The notes: a model not told the origin generated them from the sequence alone. A DNA stretch of 64,000 nt from Paraspadella gotoi (GCA_051294375.1 CM119271.1:428721-492720), one strand, 5' to 3'. Positions 11,101 to 23,885 are shown, counted from the stretch's first letter. A program made the numbers and translations.

Positions 11101-13456
11101 TTGTGTGGCGCCCCGGAGCGGAGAAGCGAAGAATGGAACGCTTGAGTGACGTCTGTGGAGCGGTCTCCGAAAAGAACGACGTGGAGGGCGGAGAACTGGA
11201 CAGAACTGTCTTGAGATCCGAAGGGCAGCGTCGACAACTAAGCGCCGAGACTCGGAGAGGGCCAAACCAAAAATCACCGCCAAACCCGACGAGGCGTCTC
11301 CAAGGGGCTTGGCAAGATCGTCAAGGTGGCCTGCGTCCACTGCACCGGGCCCCTCCGAGCGAAGGGCCTCAACCATGAGGCGGAGAGCGTCAGCGACAGA
11401 AAGGACAGCATGAGCGGACGCTCCGGCGTCCCTCATGATGCGCTCAAAAGCCTTGAAAGCGCGCGTCGTCTTGGAGTCCTTCCGAACGGCGTCGAACTGA
11501 GCGGCAAGGCAACTCTCTTGAGCAGGAGGACGAAATTCCGCCGGCGAAGAGACATCCGACCAGCGCCGGAAACGCGTATTGGCGGAAAGCACGTCCCACG
11601 ACGGTAAAAGAACGTCGTCCTGGCCAACTCTGCGCAAATCCCTTCACTGCTGTAGGACCCACTCCGAAGGCTGTACAGAAGCATGACGAGACAAGAAGTT
11701 GTCAAACCCCTCAGCAGACTCTTCAGAGGAGGAACCCTCCTCTGATCCAGAAACGGAGGCGTCGTCGTCGACTTGCGCAGATGGGGCTCGACGAGGAAGG
11801 CGTGACGCAGTCACCCTCTCGGAGCGTGAAGGCCGATCCGCCGCCGAAGAGGCCGCCAAAGAACGCGAAGACTCCAAGTCGCTGGCGTACAAACGAAGAT
11901 CGACGAAGAACGGCGAAATGGCGAACAGAGGCATCCAAGAACCATGAAGAAAACATACATGGAAAAAAAGAGAAATCATTGAAAAATGACAGTCTCAAAA
12001 AAGAACCCCAAAAAACACCCCACCAAACAAGACAAGCGAGCCTGAGCCGCCCTCCACCACCGGTGGTGCCAGGGGTGGACGGTGGGTGGTTGTTGGTGGG
12101 GAAGAACCATGAAGAATCCCGGTTCCATCTGGAACCACAAATTCTATCATGTAGTTCTTCCCCACCAACAAAGTGAGCCTGTAACAAGACCAGGCGAAGG
12201 CCCGACAAAAAACAAACAAACAAAGTCGAGTTAGGTGGGGCACAGGAGGAAAACCCCTCTGTACGCCGAATGTACGCCAAAAAAGGCGAAAAACAAAAAC
12301 GAAAAGAGAGAAGAACTCACCGCCGAAGACTCTCCAACTCGAAACGAGACGAGCGGCGAAACTCCTTAAATTCGCGACGAACGCTAGAAAGAGCGTTGCA
12401 AATTTGGAGAAGAACTGCCTCCATCTGAAGGGGCATGACTTCGGCCTGACCAGAAAAGCCCGGAATGGCTGATGGTGGAGGCGGCGGCGAAGGCGGCGGC
12501 GGAAGAGACATGAGGGTAGTCGAGTTGAAAAACACGCGCCTCAGTCCAAAAAACGGAGAGTACTGGACAAACAAGGGGGCCGAAAACAAAGTTCTTCCCC
12601 CTGCAGCCGTACTGTGCGCACTGGGCAAACGAGAGGGCCGAGTCACAGCTCTTCCCTCCGCAGCCGCGCAGGGTGCGTCGAGGGCAAGCGAAAGGGCCGA
12701 GTCAAGGCTCTTCCCTCCGAAGCCACGCACAACGAAGACGAAAAAGATGGCGGCCGTGAAGAGAACTTCAAAAAGCCACGTGTTGAAGAATATCTGTATT
12801 CTGAACTCCAAAAAAAAGAGAAACCAAAAATATGCAAAATTATTCAACAAAAATAATCAAAAAATATTTTCGAAAAAAAGCCGGGAGACTGTGCGCAAAA
12901 GCGCGAACAGAAGAAGTGGTACTGTCTCGTGTCGGCGTACTGAGGTAGCGTACGGGAGGGGGAAGAGAAGGCGGGGAAGAGGAGGTTTCCTCTTCTTTTT
13001 TCTCTCGGGAGATGTCGCGTTTGCAGAGCAGATGCTCACTTTGTTGGTGGGGAAGAACTACATGATAGAATTGTGAATTACCGTCGATCCAGAGAGATTT
13101 GTTGGAGACGGGGAGCATAGTGTGCGAGGGTTTTGAAGAATTTTTTCGAGAGACCGAGTTATCAGCTGAAAATAGGGAGAGAGAGAGAGAGAGAAAAAGA
13201 TAAGATTTTTCAGTTGTGATTAAATTTTGTAGGCAAAACTAGAAATAAGTATCGCATGTTAACTTGCCTTCAATCTTGGTAGTGTTAATTCCGGCGCCAA
13301 AACTGAATAATAATGGAATAATGATGGTGTGGACATAATGGTCATATAAGTCCTTTCTAACTTACATCCGGATCCTCCCTTACTCAGTACTCACCCGGAT
13401 GAGGGAGAGTTCCATTTGGCCGCCATCACCTTGTTCAAAACGTCCATTTTCCTCAT
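3558..13456 (-). CDS. ITGB1BP1: ICAP-1 (integrin beta-1-binding protein 1)-like PTB-domain protein; exons 13456-13395, 13302-13268, 13165-13082, 10357-10229, 10164-9993, 3822-3558
   Basis: Exon phases join into one frame: ...EEYRLSLLGRI...DCPVDVQIVDVVEEAQLKGFLP...KVTLSLHGLKIS...EVRHRQPLHTILAAVSF...CLVFQCSSSEEAAKFNNDVRTIF. This parallels ICAP-1 (EFRIKYVGAI..GPLDLINYIDVAQQDGKLP..VSKYGIKV..VLHRHALYLI..VYQCNSLEQAQAI). Intron 2 needs a GC donor. The PTB call is more secure than the orthology. Confidence 0.65.
4200..4755 (-). mobile_element. Internally deleted Tc1/mariner-superfamily transposon
   Basis: 25-bp TIRs (ACATCTGGCCCATAATTATTGAGAC) flanked by TA. Residual transposase HTH frame at 4352-4650: RRQVIAQFYQNH...LNVSRPSIYRVIQRIKSGDTLKHKKGAGRPRKLTARQ...STRKLASRF. 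Confidence 0.85.
5179..5888. mobile_element. TA-flanked non-autonomous DNA transposon (MITE), 710 bp, uninterrupted copy
   Basis: TIR CAGAAGGCTTCATATTATAAAATG..GTACCC at both ends with TA flanks; related copies at 7596-9926 and 27716-29743. Confidence 0.85.
5914..6163 (-). mobile_element. Family C tRNA-derived short element with an internally deleted twister motif
   Basis: Minus strand: A-box-like TGGCTCATTGAG and B-box-like GGTTTAATTCC, then GCGT-GAGGA-TGGCCT-TAA-[P2/T2 missing]-G-CCTGG-TTCCAAGT-CCAGG. Confidence 0.6.
6439..7085. mobile_element. hAT-type MITE
   Basis: TIR TAGAGTGGAG/CTCCACTCTA with a perfect 8-bp TSD ATAAGCAG (6431-6438, 7086-7093). Confidence 0.85.
8074..8114 (-). ncRNA. 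Minimal type-I hammerhead ribozyme motif (PLE type)
   Basis: TG-CTGATGAA-GGCTTG..CAAGCC-GAAA-CATG-TC-CA: full core, 6-bp stem II, palindromic stem III; stem I only 2 bp. Confidence 0.75.
9551..9591 (+). ncRNA. Minimal type-I hammerhead ribozyme motif (PLE type)
   Basis: TG-CTGATGA-GGCT..AGCC-GAAA-CATG-TC-CA. Confidence 0.75.
10601..13072 (-). mobile_element. Non-autonomous DIRS1-type tyrosine-recombinase retroelement
   Basis: Non-identical inverted termini (10601-~10773 and ~12922-13072). An internal complementary region at 12090-12178 equals the reverse complement of both outer ends fused at AATT, and AATT is present at both termini. Decayed gag-like ORF; no RT, RNase H or recombinase seen. 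Confidence 0.85.
10776..12511 (-). pseudogene. Decayed DIRS ORF1 (gag-like); predicted exons 12511-12321 and 11881-10776
   Basis: Helical segment RDAGASAHAVLSVADALRLMVEAL...LALSESRRLVVD and later VLFGDRS resemble my recollection of DIRS ORF1 motifs. In-frame TGA at 11644-11646 and a frameshift near 11230. Confidence 0.55.
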
Positions 13457-14883
13457 CGTTCCCAGCTTGTATCAAAATTAATAACCTAGGACAAGAATTT
13501 TTTTTCTGATTTAAAAAAAATCATCGCGATTCAACAAATAATAAAGCATAAAGTATAAACAATAGATGCAACAATAGTGGCAACGAAAACTACGGAATTC
13601 ACTAACAGAGGCGATGAACCCTTTTTTTAATATTTTTTTTTTAAAACATCACCAATCAAAAAAGACAAAATAAGAAACTGGTAATCAATAAGTAAATTTT
13701 TTTTGTCAGGCTATTTCAGGTACCTTTTTCCTAATTAAAAATTATAACAAGTATACTCTAGCGGAGGATAAATGGAGCCGACCAGTTATAAGACGATGTT
13801 GCTCCATCAAAACCGAAAATGAGAAAGTCGTATTTTTTTCGTAAAGATGGAAAAAGTTAGAACAAAAAAAAAAAAAAAAAAAATACGAAAACTTTTACAT
13901 TGACCCGGCTCGTAAAAATTAAGTTTCTGATTGTACGTAATAAATATTAAATGAATAAAATTTAAATAATCTAAAAAAAAAAAAAATTAGTGGAAAATGA
14001 CGCGGCATTCGAAAGAAAAATTAAAAATACGAATGCCAGCCATAAAAAATATTAGATTCGACTATAATAAGCAAACTGTGACAGGAAATCGAAAGCGTTC
14101 AGCCGGGGGCTAAATTAAAATGGCACAAACGAAATATAAGAGAAAGTTAAGAAGGATGGTTGGATGGAAACTGATCAGAAGACGAAAAAGCCACCACTTG
14201 CGCCAAGGTTCCCAAAAATTAAACTATAAGGGTACCAGATGAACAGAGGAACTATTTTCCGTTTTTAATTATTTGTCTTAATAAAAATCTAAAAAAACAG
14301 GTCAAACTGGGATTTTTCATCTTCTAATCAACTTCGTTGATCTCTGGACTAATTTATGAAATTGGTACTTTATTTCATAATAAACGAATGCTATGATCCT
14401 TTAATCCCAGAATCAACCTTTTGAGTATTTGAAAACGGTGCAGGATGGTAGTTCGTTGTTCAATCCTGCGTCAACAATTAATCAAAAGCCAAAAAACAAC
14501 AAAAAAAAAAACACCTGAAGCTACAAAAAAGCAAAGGCCTCTAAGTCAAAAAATCTTTACGACCTTCTTAGTAGTCTCCCTATTCTCCTAAACCTAATAT
14601 AAAGAATGATTCAATAATAATTAGCAAATAAAAAAAAATCAAAGAAAAAACAAGAATTTTCTTTGAAACACAAAACCCGTCGTACAGAAAGAGAAAAAAA
14701 AATTTCAAGAGATTAACCATGAAATTGTTTGTTTTTTTAAGTGCTAATTCGATTAGATGATTGAGTAGATTAATTCAACTATTAACTTTCACTTCACGCT
14801 AGTATTTGTAATAAAATAAAAAATAGAGAAGAGGGCAGTAAATTCTTTTTTTTTGTTTTTGGTTTTTGGGTGTTGTGTTGTTG

Positions 14884-15018
<135 letters not shown>

Positions 15019-15940
15019 ATGAATGGAGAATAAAAAAGTGATGAATTGGCGAAGATCGCGAAAGACGCGATAATTTGTTTTTCTTTTGCTTAAGACTAGT
15101 GTCAATGGGGGGGACTGTGATTGATTGATTGATAACGAGACGATTTGAAAATGAAAGTATTATTTCGATTAAAGCGATTAAAACAACATTTCGATCTTTT
15201 CTTTTAAAAAGAGCCGTTTAAAGTAGAACGCTAGTTCACCCTGTTGAATCGGAGACGCGCGCGAAAAAAATTGTCGACCCTTTTATTCAGAAAGAGGTGA
15301 AAGATAAAAGTTAGTGCATGGGGGATCAAGAAGTTACCCTTTCAAGTCTAACCCGTCTCCTACCCGTTTCAAATTCGACAGGCGCGCCTCCAAATGAGAA
15401 TAAAAGGATGATAGCCACGTCTACATGCATCAAGAACAACACCTTTTTTGGGCTCCTCAGAAAACCTCAACTCGCTCTCCCGGATATTAGGGGGGGGAAA
15501 TTGACGAAACCAAGAAGGAACCCCCCCTCCCCCGTCTATAGCCATTCTTTTTTTATTCTAATTTTCCTCCCTTTTAATTTTCTTTTTACATCGGATCGAC
15601 ACCACGACAACCAAAACCTTTGAAGCTAACCCAAAACTTTTTACCTCCCCTTTTCTCCGGTTTTCTTCTTACGAAACAACGATTAAAAAATCTTATAAAA
15701 GCATGAATCGCCCCGCCTTTGAGAGCGAGATATATATATATAATATAAAATAAATAATATAAAATATAACGAATTCCAGGATTAAATTTCAGCGATATTT
15801 AATACTCCTCATAAAACTTTTAAAACAAAATTAAGTACGATCCATTTTTTTAGATGTAAAAAAAATCCGTCCAACAAAATCCCCACAACAAACATCTCCA
15901 CCCGCCCAAACCACCCTTCAAAAGTATTTTAAAACATCTT

Positions 15941-18900
15941 TCACTGCGGTTTCTCCACGCCGTGTCCGAAGATGGTCAACAACTGGCAGTGGACGAAGCA
16001 AACGATGGCCTTTTGACCAAAATCCATCTCCCCGTCCGAAGTCCAGCAGCTCAGGTCTTTCCTGGATGACGAGTGCGCCGAGTGGGCGTGTCCGCCCGTC
16101 AAGCAATCCGGCCGCCGACTCGCCGGACCCGACGAGTCTCCAGTGAAAGACGAGGACGAAGTCATCGGCGCCGGACTCGGCCAAGCGTCTGGAGGCGGCG
16201 TCGACGCCGGCGATTCCGGCGCCCCCATCACGCCGCCGGCGTCGACGACGGAGAGGGTCTCCGCTGGAGCGAGCCCGTTGGTCAAATGATCGGCGTGCCC
16301 GTTTGGCCGTCGGGCGCCTTCTTCGTCTTCCTTGACCTCGACGGCTTCCTCCTCGGGAGCCTCATCCTCCTCCGCTGCTCCTCCTCCTCTAACCTCTCCT
16401 CTCCCGATCGGCGTCAGAACGTCTTCCATCTTCTCGTCGAGCGGAACGAATCGAAAAGCCCTGACTCTGTAGGGCGTGACGGATCGAGAACCCAAGACGC
16501 CGCCCTTGCCCGCCATCTTGACGACGTCGCGCCGCGTGCACTCGGAGACGAGGACGAGTTCCGTGGTTCCGTCAGCGAGGTGAGTGAAGGGTAAGTCGCC
16601 TTCCGCTCGAAGACGAGTGCGCGCCGTCAACGGGATGGCCATAATTGAGTGGAACTTGACCGAGAGGCTTTTCCAGTTTGTCTCCGACTTCTCTTCCACT
16701 TCCTTATCTTTTCCCCCTTCGTTTTCTCCTCCTCCTCCTCCGTCTCCTCCTCCCCACCCTTCATCCCGACAATACTTTCGCGCCGCCTCGCAGACGCCGC
16801 AGCCGCTCCAGCACCGCACGCCGTCCGCCGCGTGGCCCGAGTGTGTCGCCGGCAGATACTCCAGCCGTCCGTAGTACATTCGGTGTCGCTGGAGGATTTT
16901 GGCTCCGGCGAGGAGATAGCGCCAGGGACCCATCCACCGATTCCGGTCCGACTCGACGGCGCAGTCGGCGGCGCTGCCGTAGGCGAGGATCACGTTAGAG
17001 AAGCGAAGGAATTTTCCCGTGAAAAAATCGTGGACCTTAGGTGAAAAAAATACGAGTAAGGATTTGACTTCGCGGAAAAAAAACACAATGTGATATGATT
17101 CCATTTGTTCCGACGATTAAAATCTGGAGATTATCAATATCAATAGTTTTAATCCAAAATTAAATTTAATCTCATTTGCATATTGCAGTATAGATATTGA
17201 TTAATACTATTTTCGATTTTGTCTTTTTTATATTTCTTTTTTCAGGTTTTCTCCAAAAATAATCACAAGCCAAAACCCCCACTACCAACCGCCATGACGT
17301 CCAGTCCCATACGCGTGCCCAGGATGACGTGCAGCGCGGACGTGGTCGGGTCCATGGCGCCCAACGTCGAGTAGGCCAGGGTGTTTTGCGACCCCGCGGG
17401 GATGTGGCCCACGGGGACGGCCGGGGTGGCCAACGGGGACGGGGTGTTTTTGTTGAGAGGGTGAGACGACGGCGGGAGATCGAGCACGCGCTCTTCGTCC
17501 TTTTGGGCGCGCTTGAGAAGGCCTACAAGATGGAGGGGAGTAGAATTGAAGGGGGGAAATTAGGAAGATGACAGAATCTTGAAAATTAAGTAGACATGGT
17601 GTGATAATCCTTTGAGACGTTTACAATTGTAAACGCCGATGAAGGCTTGAACTTGCAAGCCGAAACATTGTCCGTTTTATTAATAAAAAATCTTAAAACC
17701 ATAAGATCGTCGCAATCGTATAAGAAAAATCTGGATTGACGACAAATTTTGATACTAAAAAAATCAAATTTTAAAAAAATGATGAAAATAAAAATTAAAA
17801 AAAAAAATAAAATAAAATAAAGAATAATAAATATAAAACAGTAAAAAAACTAAAATAACTTATTTTCGAGTTTAATTTTTAGCAAGTCTGGAGAGACATT
17901 ATTGAAGGTACTTTTGTTTTACTTTTAGCCCGCATAAGCGAGCAGTTTGACCTCTCTAAACACTGTCAACATTCTCAGACAAAAGACAAAGTGAAACTTG
18001 AATCAGACTGACGAAGTGAAGTAAAGACTAAAGTGAAGTAAAATGAAGTAAAGTAAAATAAAATAATAAAGTAAATATATATTTAAAAAAATATTATTCT
18101 GATTGATATTTAGAATATTCAGGAAAAAAAATTCACAAAAATCTCGGATGTAAATTTGGGAATAAATGACGATAATAAAAGTTTTTAGAGGGAAAAAAAT
18201 AATCAGAGAGAGAGAGAGAAAGAAGCCAAATCGTTTTCAGCAGCAGAGCCAGAGGCACCAAGAAAAAAAGAAAGAAATCAAAAGGCAGCAGCAGAAGCAG
18301 CAGGAGAAAAGAGAGAAAAAGAATATGCCCCTGCAGAGCCAGCTGCAGACTCGTTTTTTTCCCCTTTCTTTTTCCCTTTCTTTATAAATCAGTGACTAGG
18401 GAAAAGAGAGAGGGAGAGAGACATGTAATTAAAAGAGAAAAGAGAGAGAGAAAGAAATATGAAAATAAAAGAGAAAATTTGTTTGTTTTGATAAAACGGA
18501 AACAAAACATATTTAATAACTGTCCAGACTCAATTTTAAGCACATCGATGATGAGAAGCTGTATATAAATTTTCAGCTTCATACACCCAAATTTAATCAT
18601 AAAAAAGGCGATCTATAATTTGGAACGAGGATGACGACGACGACGACAACGACTACGCCACTTATGCGCAAAAGTGTTACAATATCGTTGCAAACGCTAA
18701 GCGATTGCGACGATAAAAATAAATTCGTTGTATAAAACTAAAAACTTTGCCATTCTCGAAAATTAAGTAGTACTTATTTTTAAGTACTACACAAATGTGT
18801 CAAAGCAGCTTATTATGATGTCGCTGATCCACGTTTATCGTAGAGACTCGAGAGTTAGCTTGTTTCGCCATCGCTTAATCTTAATCCTCGGCTTTCCTCA

Positions 18901-20557
18901 CCGTTAACGACTTGACTAAAAGTTCCGTCTCCGCCGACGGCCAAGACCCCGTCGATCGTGCCAAATCGAAAGACGGCGAGGAAATCCTCGATGTAGCTGC
19001 CTCCTTTGGATATGATCACCTCGGTCTCGATCTGGGCCAAGTCGAAAAGAGGCGCAACCTGAATAGAAGAAGAAAGGTTTAGGGCAAATACTTTCCTCTC
19101 GACCATTTTCTACATACCTGTTTCTTAAATATCGACAAGGCGTTTCCTTTTCCACCGATAGGATTGACGAAGACCAGCAAGCACTTGGGCCGAGGAAACC
19201 GTTCCAGCAAGTGTCGGTTGATGGTGTGAACCCAGACTTTGCTGGTCACCGTGGAGTCGCACTCAAAGTGAATCGGGCAGTACGCCCAGACGCCGTGCGG
19301 TCGCTTGTCCAGAGCAAAGACGGTCACGGTTTTGTCCGACTTGCGCACGTACTTTTCGTGGGAGGTCCAGTGGCCGACCTTGGCGATGACAACGTCCTCC
19401 AGCGGAATACCGCACGACATCATGTAGGAGGTGATGGAGGAGGTTTGGAATTTGACCTGGGAAAAGTTTAGGGAAAGAAGGGCATTTTGAAATGAAATAG
19501 AAATATTTATAGTATTATTGATTCAAAATGTTCATATTTCTCAACCAGATGGAATGACCTCACCTTCAGCAAAGAGCCTGATGGAGTCTGCGCCATCTGC
19601 TCCTTAACCTTCGTCGGAATCGTCGGCACCGAATGCAGCTCCCACCGCAGGCCGTCACTGGACAGCGTCAGCGTAATCCTGAAAACGAAAAAATAAAAGT
19701 GAAGAGTTTTAAATGCATTAAAAACGCAATTACTTGGCGTTGGAGTTTTTGAGGACGCATTCCGTCTCCAAATTGGGATTGTCGACGCAGGTGAGGACGG
19801 TGGCCTCCTCGGCGGCGGCTTCCTCGGCCCCATCCACGGGATAGAGGATGTCTCTGTATTTTTCTGCGGGATCGACGAGCGGCTCGTCGAAGTCGATGTT
19901 GTCGACGGTGAACATTGATTCGCGGAGTTTGGAGGAGAGATCCGAAGGCGCGTCCACGGAGGAGGGGAGGTCGTGGGCGGAGGCCGTAGCGCGGGGTGGG
20001 ACTCGAGACGCCGAGAGCCCGGTCATGCCCTCTCGAGACCCCAGAACCTCCGAGGATTCGAATCCGCCCATTGAGAGCGAAACGGTCAAGGTGGCGGCGA
20101 CTCCCGCGACATCTATTACATCGAACGGTACGACGCCGCTGGCTCGGCGCTTTTCCTCCGGCGCTGCCGTAGTTTCGGACGGCGACGACTCGACGTCATC
20201 GACGCTGGAAAACTCGCGACTGTCTTCCGAGGCCATCGGATGCGACGGCGAGTCCGGGTAATCGCTGGGAATGTCGGGCGAAGTGACGCCGTCTTCGCCG
20301 CTGGCGTCAGCGCCGGATATGCCGCCGCCGACTCCACCATCGTCGGCCGAGACGTCGTCGTCGGTTGTGGAAGCGAAGGCGCTCGTCGCCGTCGCGTAGA
20401 CGTCGTCGGTGTCGCTGAGAAGCGACTCGAGCGGACGCCGAGCGGATACAAAGCCATCGTCGGCCGAAGATGACGCCGCGCCTTCCTCCGAAACGACGCC
20501 GGGTTTTTTTCTCGTTTCACCGACGCCGATTGTGACGGCGCCGGATTCCTCGGCCAT
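15941..20557 (-). CDS. CERK: Ceramide kinase; exons approximately 20557-19734, 19678-19564, 19456-19118, 19058-18902, 17522-17290, 17036-15941
   Basis: RPKCLLVFVNPIGGKG, GVLAVGGDGTFSQVVNG, VGHIPAGSQN, ESDRNRWMGPWRY, the CERK-type CxxxCxxC (CWSGCGVC), HLADGTTELVLV, SCWTSDGE and VHCQLLTIFGHG. Confidence 0.92.
17631..17677 (+). ncRNA. Minimal hammerhead motif (variant core) in a PLE pseudo-LTR remnant, CERK intron
   Basis: AAACG-CCGATGAA-GGCTTG..CAAGCC-GAAA-CATTG-TC-CGTTT; 5-bp stem I; U4 replaced by C. Confidence 0.65.
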
Positions 20558-22286
20558 AAAAGCGGCCTTTTTTCGGGGGTGGAAGGTGGATTTTAAACTT
20601 TAGTTGACCGGAAAAACAAGTTTCGGAGTTTCGGACGGGAGAGCGGGAGGTTCATGATATTTTTTTTTCGATTTGTGATTGAAGGAAAGAAAGTATATAG
20701 TTGTTTATTTTATTACTGTGCGCACTCCCGCGTACGTGTGACTGTGCGTGTATTACTTAGAAATGCGGAATTAAAAGAGGTCTGGTTAAGTACGATCGCA
20801 CGAAAAGCGACGGAATTTGGGTGAGTAGAGAAAAAAGTTCGATCAAGCAAAAAGTAGGTTTTATTCTTTAGTTGTCGTTGTCGTAATTGGAATGAGTCTT
20901 GTCTTTTTTTTTTCTTCTTCTTTTTTGCTTTTATTAATTGGTGCGAGTGTGTTTATAACTTGGATATCACAAAGACGGATTTAGCGGAAGCAATGAAGAA
21001 TCCAAAGGAGAAAACAACGAGAGAGAGCGAGCAAGATTTAAGAGGCACGAAGGAAAAAAAACAAACAAGAAAAAAAAAAGAAAAAACCTCGAGAAACGAG
21101 AGAGAATGCGTCGAGATAGATGTTGATAGTTTATCAAGTTGTTTTTTTAATAATAACTGGAAAGAGAGAGAGAGCATTTCTTCTTAATAATAATACTAAT
21201 AATAATTAAAGGAATTTCGTGAGAGTGTAAAACAATTTATGCGATGTTATTAAGTCGCGTGTATAAAAATCGGTGTTTTTTAGAAAAAAATTAATTTATT
21301 TTAAAACAATGATCGAGAAAAAAAATATGATTAAAAAGAGAGCCAACGTTTCTACTGGGAGCCTAATGAAGGCTTAAAATATGAAATCGAAAATAAAAAA
21401 AATACAAAATTCGGGGTTCATTAACTCGTCAAGCGCGTGAAATTAACAATCTTCAAGACTAAAACTGGATAAAAAAAGAACGAGAAGGCACGTGGCAATA
21501 ATTCAATTGGGCTCTGGTTAGGCCGAGTTAAAAAATGTTTTTAGGTCAAACAAAATTTTATTTAAAAAAAATCCACTACACAAATGTATATGCGTTTTAT
21601 AATCGTTGAATAGACGTAATTAGTTCATTTGAGTTGAGGAGAAGCGTGGAAGTTGTTGGAAACCTTGGGTTTTCTATTAGATCCAATCTTGTTGTTTCGA
21701 GCGAATAGACTTAAAAGGAAATAAACGAGAAAAAATCTTCAAAATGGTGGAGTTCCTTGCACGCCACTCTTGACGACTACATCCCTAACACACGTGGCCC
21801 CAATATTTATTTAAATTATAATTATTTCTACAAAATATCACTATATTATCCATGAATTATTAAGACGACTACAGACAACAGATAACATAAATAAACAGGG
21901 TTACTTTTACTTTCAAAACAACATAAATAATAGACACATTTTTTAGAAACTTCGGAAAACAACCATTTGATTCGAAATAAAATGCTCTTTCGAATGATGT
22001 CATTAACTGATTTACAAATTTCGCTTGACCCAGCGGCGTCAAAGTTCGTCAGATTCATCGATTTATGTATATTTTGAAACGGTGAAGGCATGTGATATTT
22101 TCAATCATTACGGATTTAAATATACGTAAAACTCCGATGTAGTTGTTATTTATTAAAAATTAATAAAAAACTATAAAAAGTATAAAACAAAATATTTTTA
22201 AACCAATTTATTTTAACTCAAGAAAGCGACGGCAGGGAAAAGCCAAGGGGAAAACAATTATTGCGTCGTTAATGTTAACTGAATCT

Positions 22287-22490
22287 TTAAACTTGAAGTT
22301 CATAAGACACTTCGTTTGGTTTAGGGTGAGATCGATGATGTTCTTCAACGCCCTGAAGCATTGTTTCCAGTTGCATTTTATTACGGGTTACGGAACCGTT
22401 GTAATCACTCGCAAATTTAACCACCCTCTCCGCAGCATCATTGAGTTGCGAAAATACATTTACAAGCTTGCAGAATGAGTGGCAATTGGC
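22287..22490 (-). pseudogene. DNA transposase C-terminal remnant, probably hAT/hATm-like
   Basis: Minus frame QLNDAAERVVKFASDYNGSVTRNKMQLETMLQGVEEHHRSHP resembles the NDxAERxVK...LQxVEEHR tail of invertebrate transposases. The superfamily call is from memory. Confidence 0.55.
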
Positions 22491-23454
22491 CTGATCATTC
22501 CATTATTCCATAGGTGACAAAAAAAATGGCCTAAAGCTGTGTAATAAGTTATAATTGTCATTTAAATTAAATATAATTAAATATAAACATTATTTATAAA
22601 ATATTACAATGAATCAGCCGAAACGACGGTTAACGTCTTTTAACGGCTTTCGACTTTTTTCCATCAGCCTCAATAGTCAATATCTTTGATAGCGTTTGCG
22701 GCAGTGACATCTAAGTAAGAGTCACGAATAGTCAAAAAAGATACCATCTAAAAATAAAAATAAAGTTACTATGATAATTTTACTCCATTAATGTAGCCTA
22801 CGAAAATTATGTGTGAAGACGAAGTATATCGCAGACCACATAATATATTTTCCATGAGGAAAAGGCAAACGTAAAAAGGATCGAATATCGACGAATGCGA
22901 AAATCTCTATCGGCGATAGAGGAAGAGAGGAAGATCGAGAGAGAGCGAGAGATCGCCGGATACTACTATATTTTATTAATTGGATATTCTCTACAAACCT
23001 TTTCTGCATAAGCTTTACGTCCAAACTTGAATTTATCAGAAGATATCCGAGATCTGCAGTCTCATTTTTATCTCGTTGGTTTTTAGGCTGATTGTAAAAA
23101 ATGTCAAAGAACCGTTCCAATACTGCTGCGCCTTTTGGTGGTTCTGCCGGTGGTGGTCGAAAGTTCGCTAAGCGCTAGCAAATTCGGGAAACAGAGGAAA
23201 CTCGGCCCCAGTAGCAGAACGGGGGTTCAAAAGATTATTCTTAACAAATTAAACAAAGAATAACTATCTAAATTTAATAATTAACTAAATTATATCGGAA
23301 AATGATAAATATTGTAACGGAGAAAGAGTTCCAATTTGGAGGTTACCTAGTTGCTTTCAACACGCCTGGGTCAAGCGAAATTTTTTTAGAAATTAATTAA
23401 ATTACACACCAATCGAAAGAGCATTTAATTTCGAATCGAATGATGGTTTAAAGT

Positions 23455-23885
23455 ATAGTGATCTCGCCAGATGTTAATATCAAAGAAAATTAATGAATCA
23501 AAAAAAAAAAAAGAATGATTGATGCGATAACAAATTATTGATGTAATAGTAATTGATTGATTGATGTAATAATAATTGATTGATTGATGTAATAATAATT
23601 GATTGATTGATGTAATAGTAATTGATTGATTGATGCAATTATAACAAATGATAGTCATTCATTGATGCGATGATCGTCATTCATTGATGCGATGATCGTC
23701 ATTCATTGATGCGATGATCGTCATTCATTGATGCGATGATCGTCATTCATAGATGCGATGACAGTCATTCAAAGATGCGATGACAGTCATTCAAAGATGC
23801 GATGACAGTCATTCAAAGATGCGATGACAGTCATTCAAAGATGCGATGACAGTCATTCAAAGATGCGATGATAGTCATTCATAAA
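23455..23885. repeat. Minisatellite-bearing element: ~5 units of 23 bp (GATGTAATAGTAATTGATTGATT) then ~10 units of 22 bp (GTCATTCAWWGATGCGATGAYM)
   Basis: Tandem units are visible; a related degenerate copy with the same ATAGTGATCTCGCCAGA head lies at ~28367-28600. Confidence 0.8.

Noticed and set aside
21519-22533. TAGGCC ends as TIRs of an intact hAT element
   Set aside because: Only about 6 bp match and there is no 8-bp TSD; only the internal transposase remnant is reported.
22617-23240. Candidate RacGAP1 terminal exons
   Set aside because: No phase-compatible exon with recognisable similarity could be chosen.
23520-23880. CRISPR-like array
   Set aside because: Head-to-tail minisatellite without unique spacers, in eukaryotic DNA with no cas genes.
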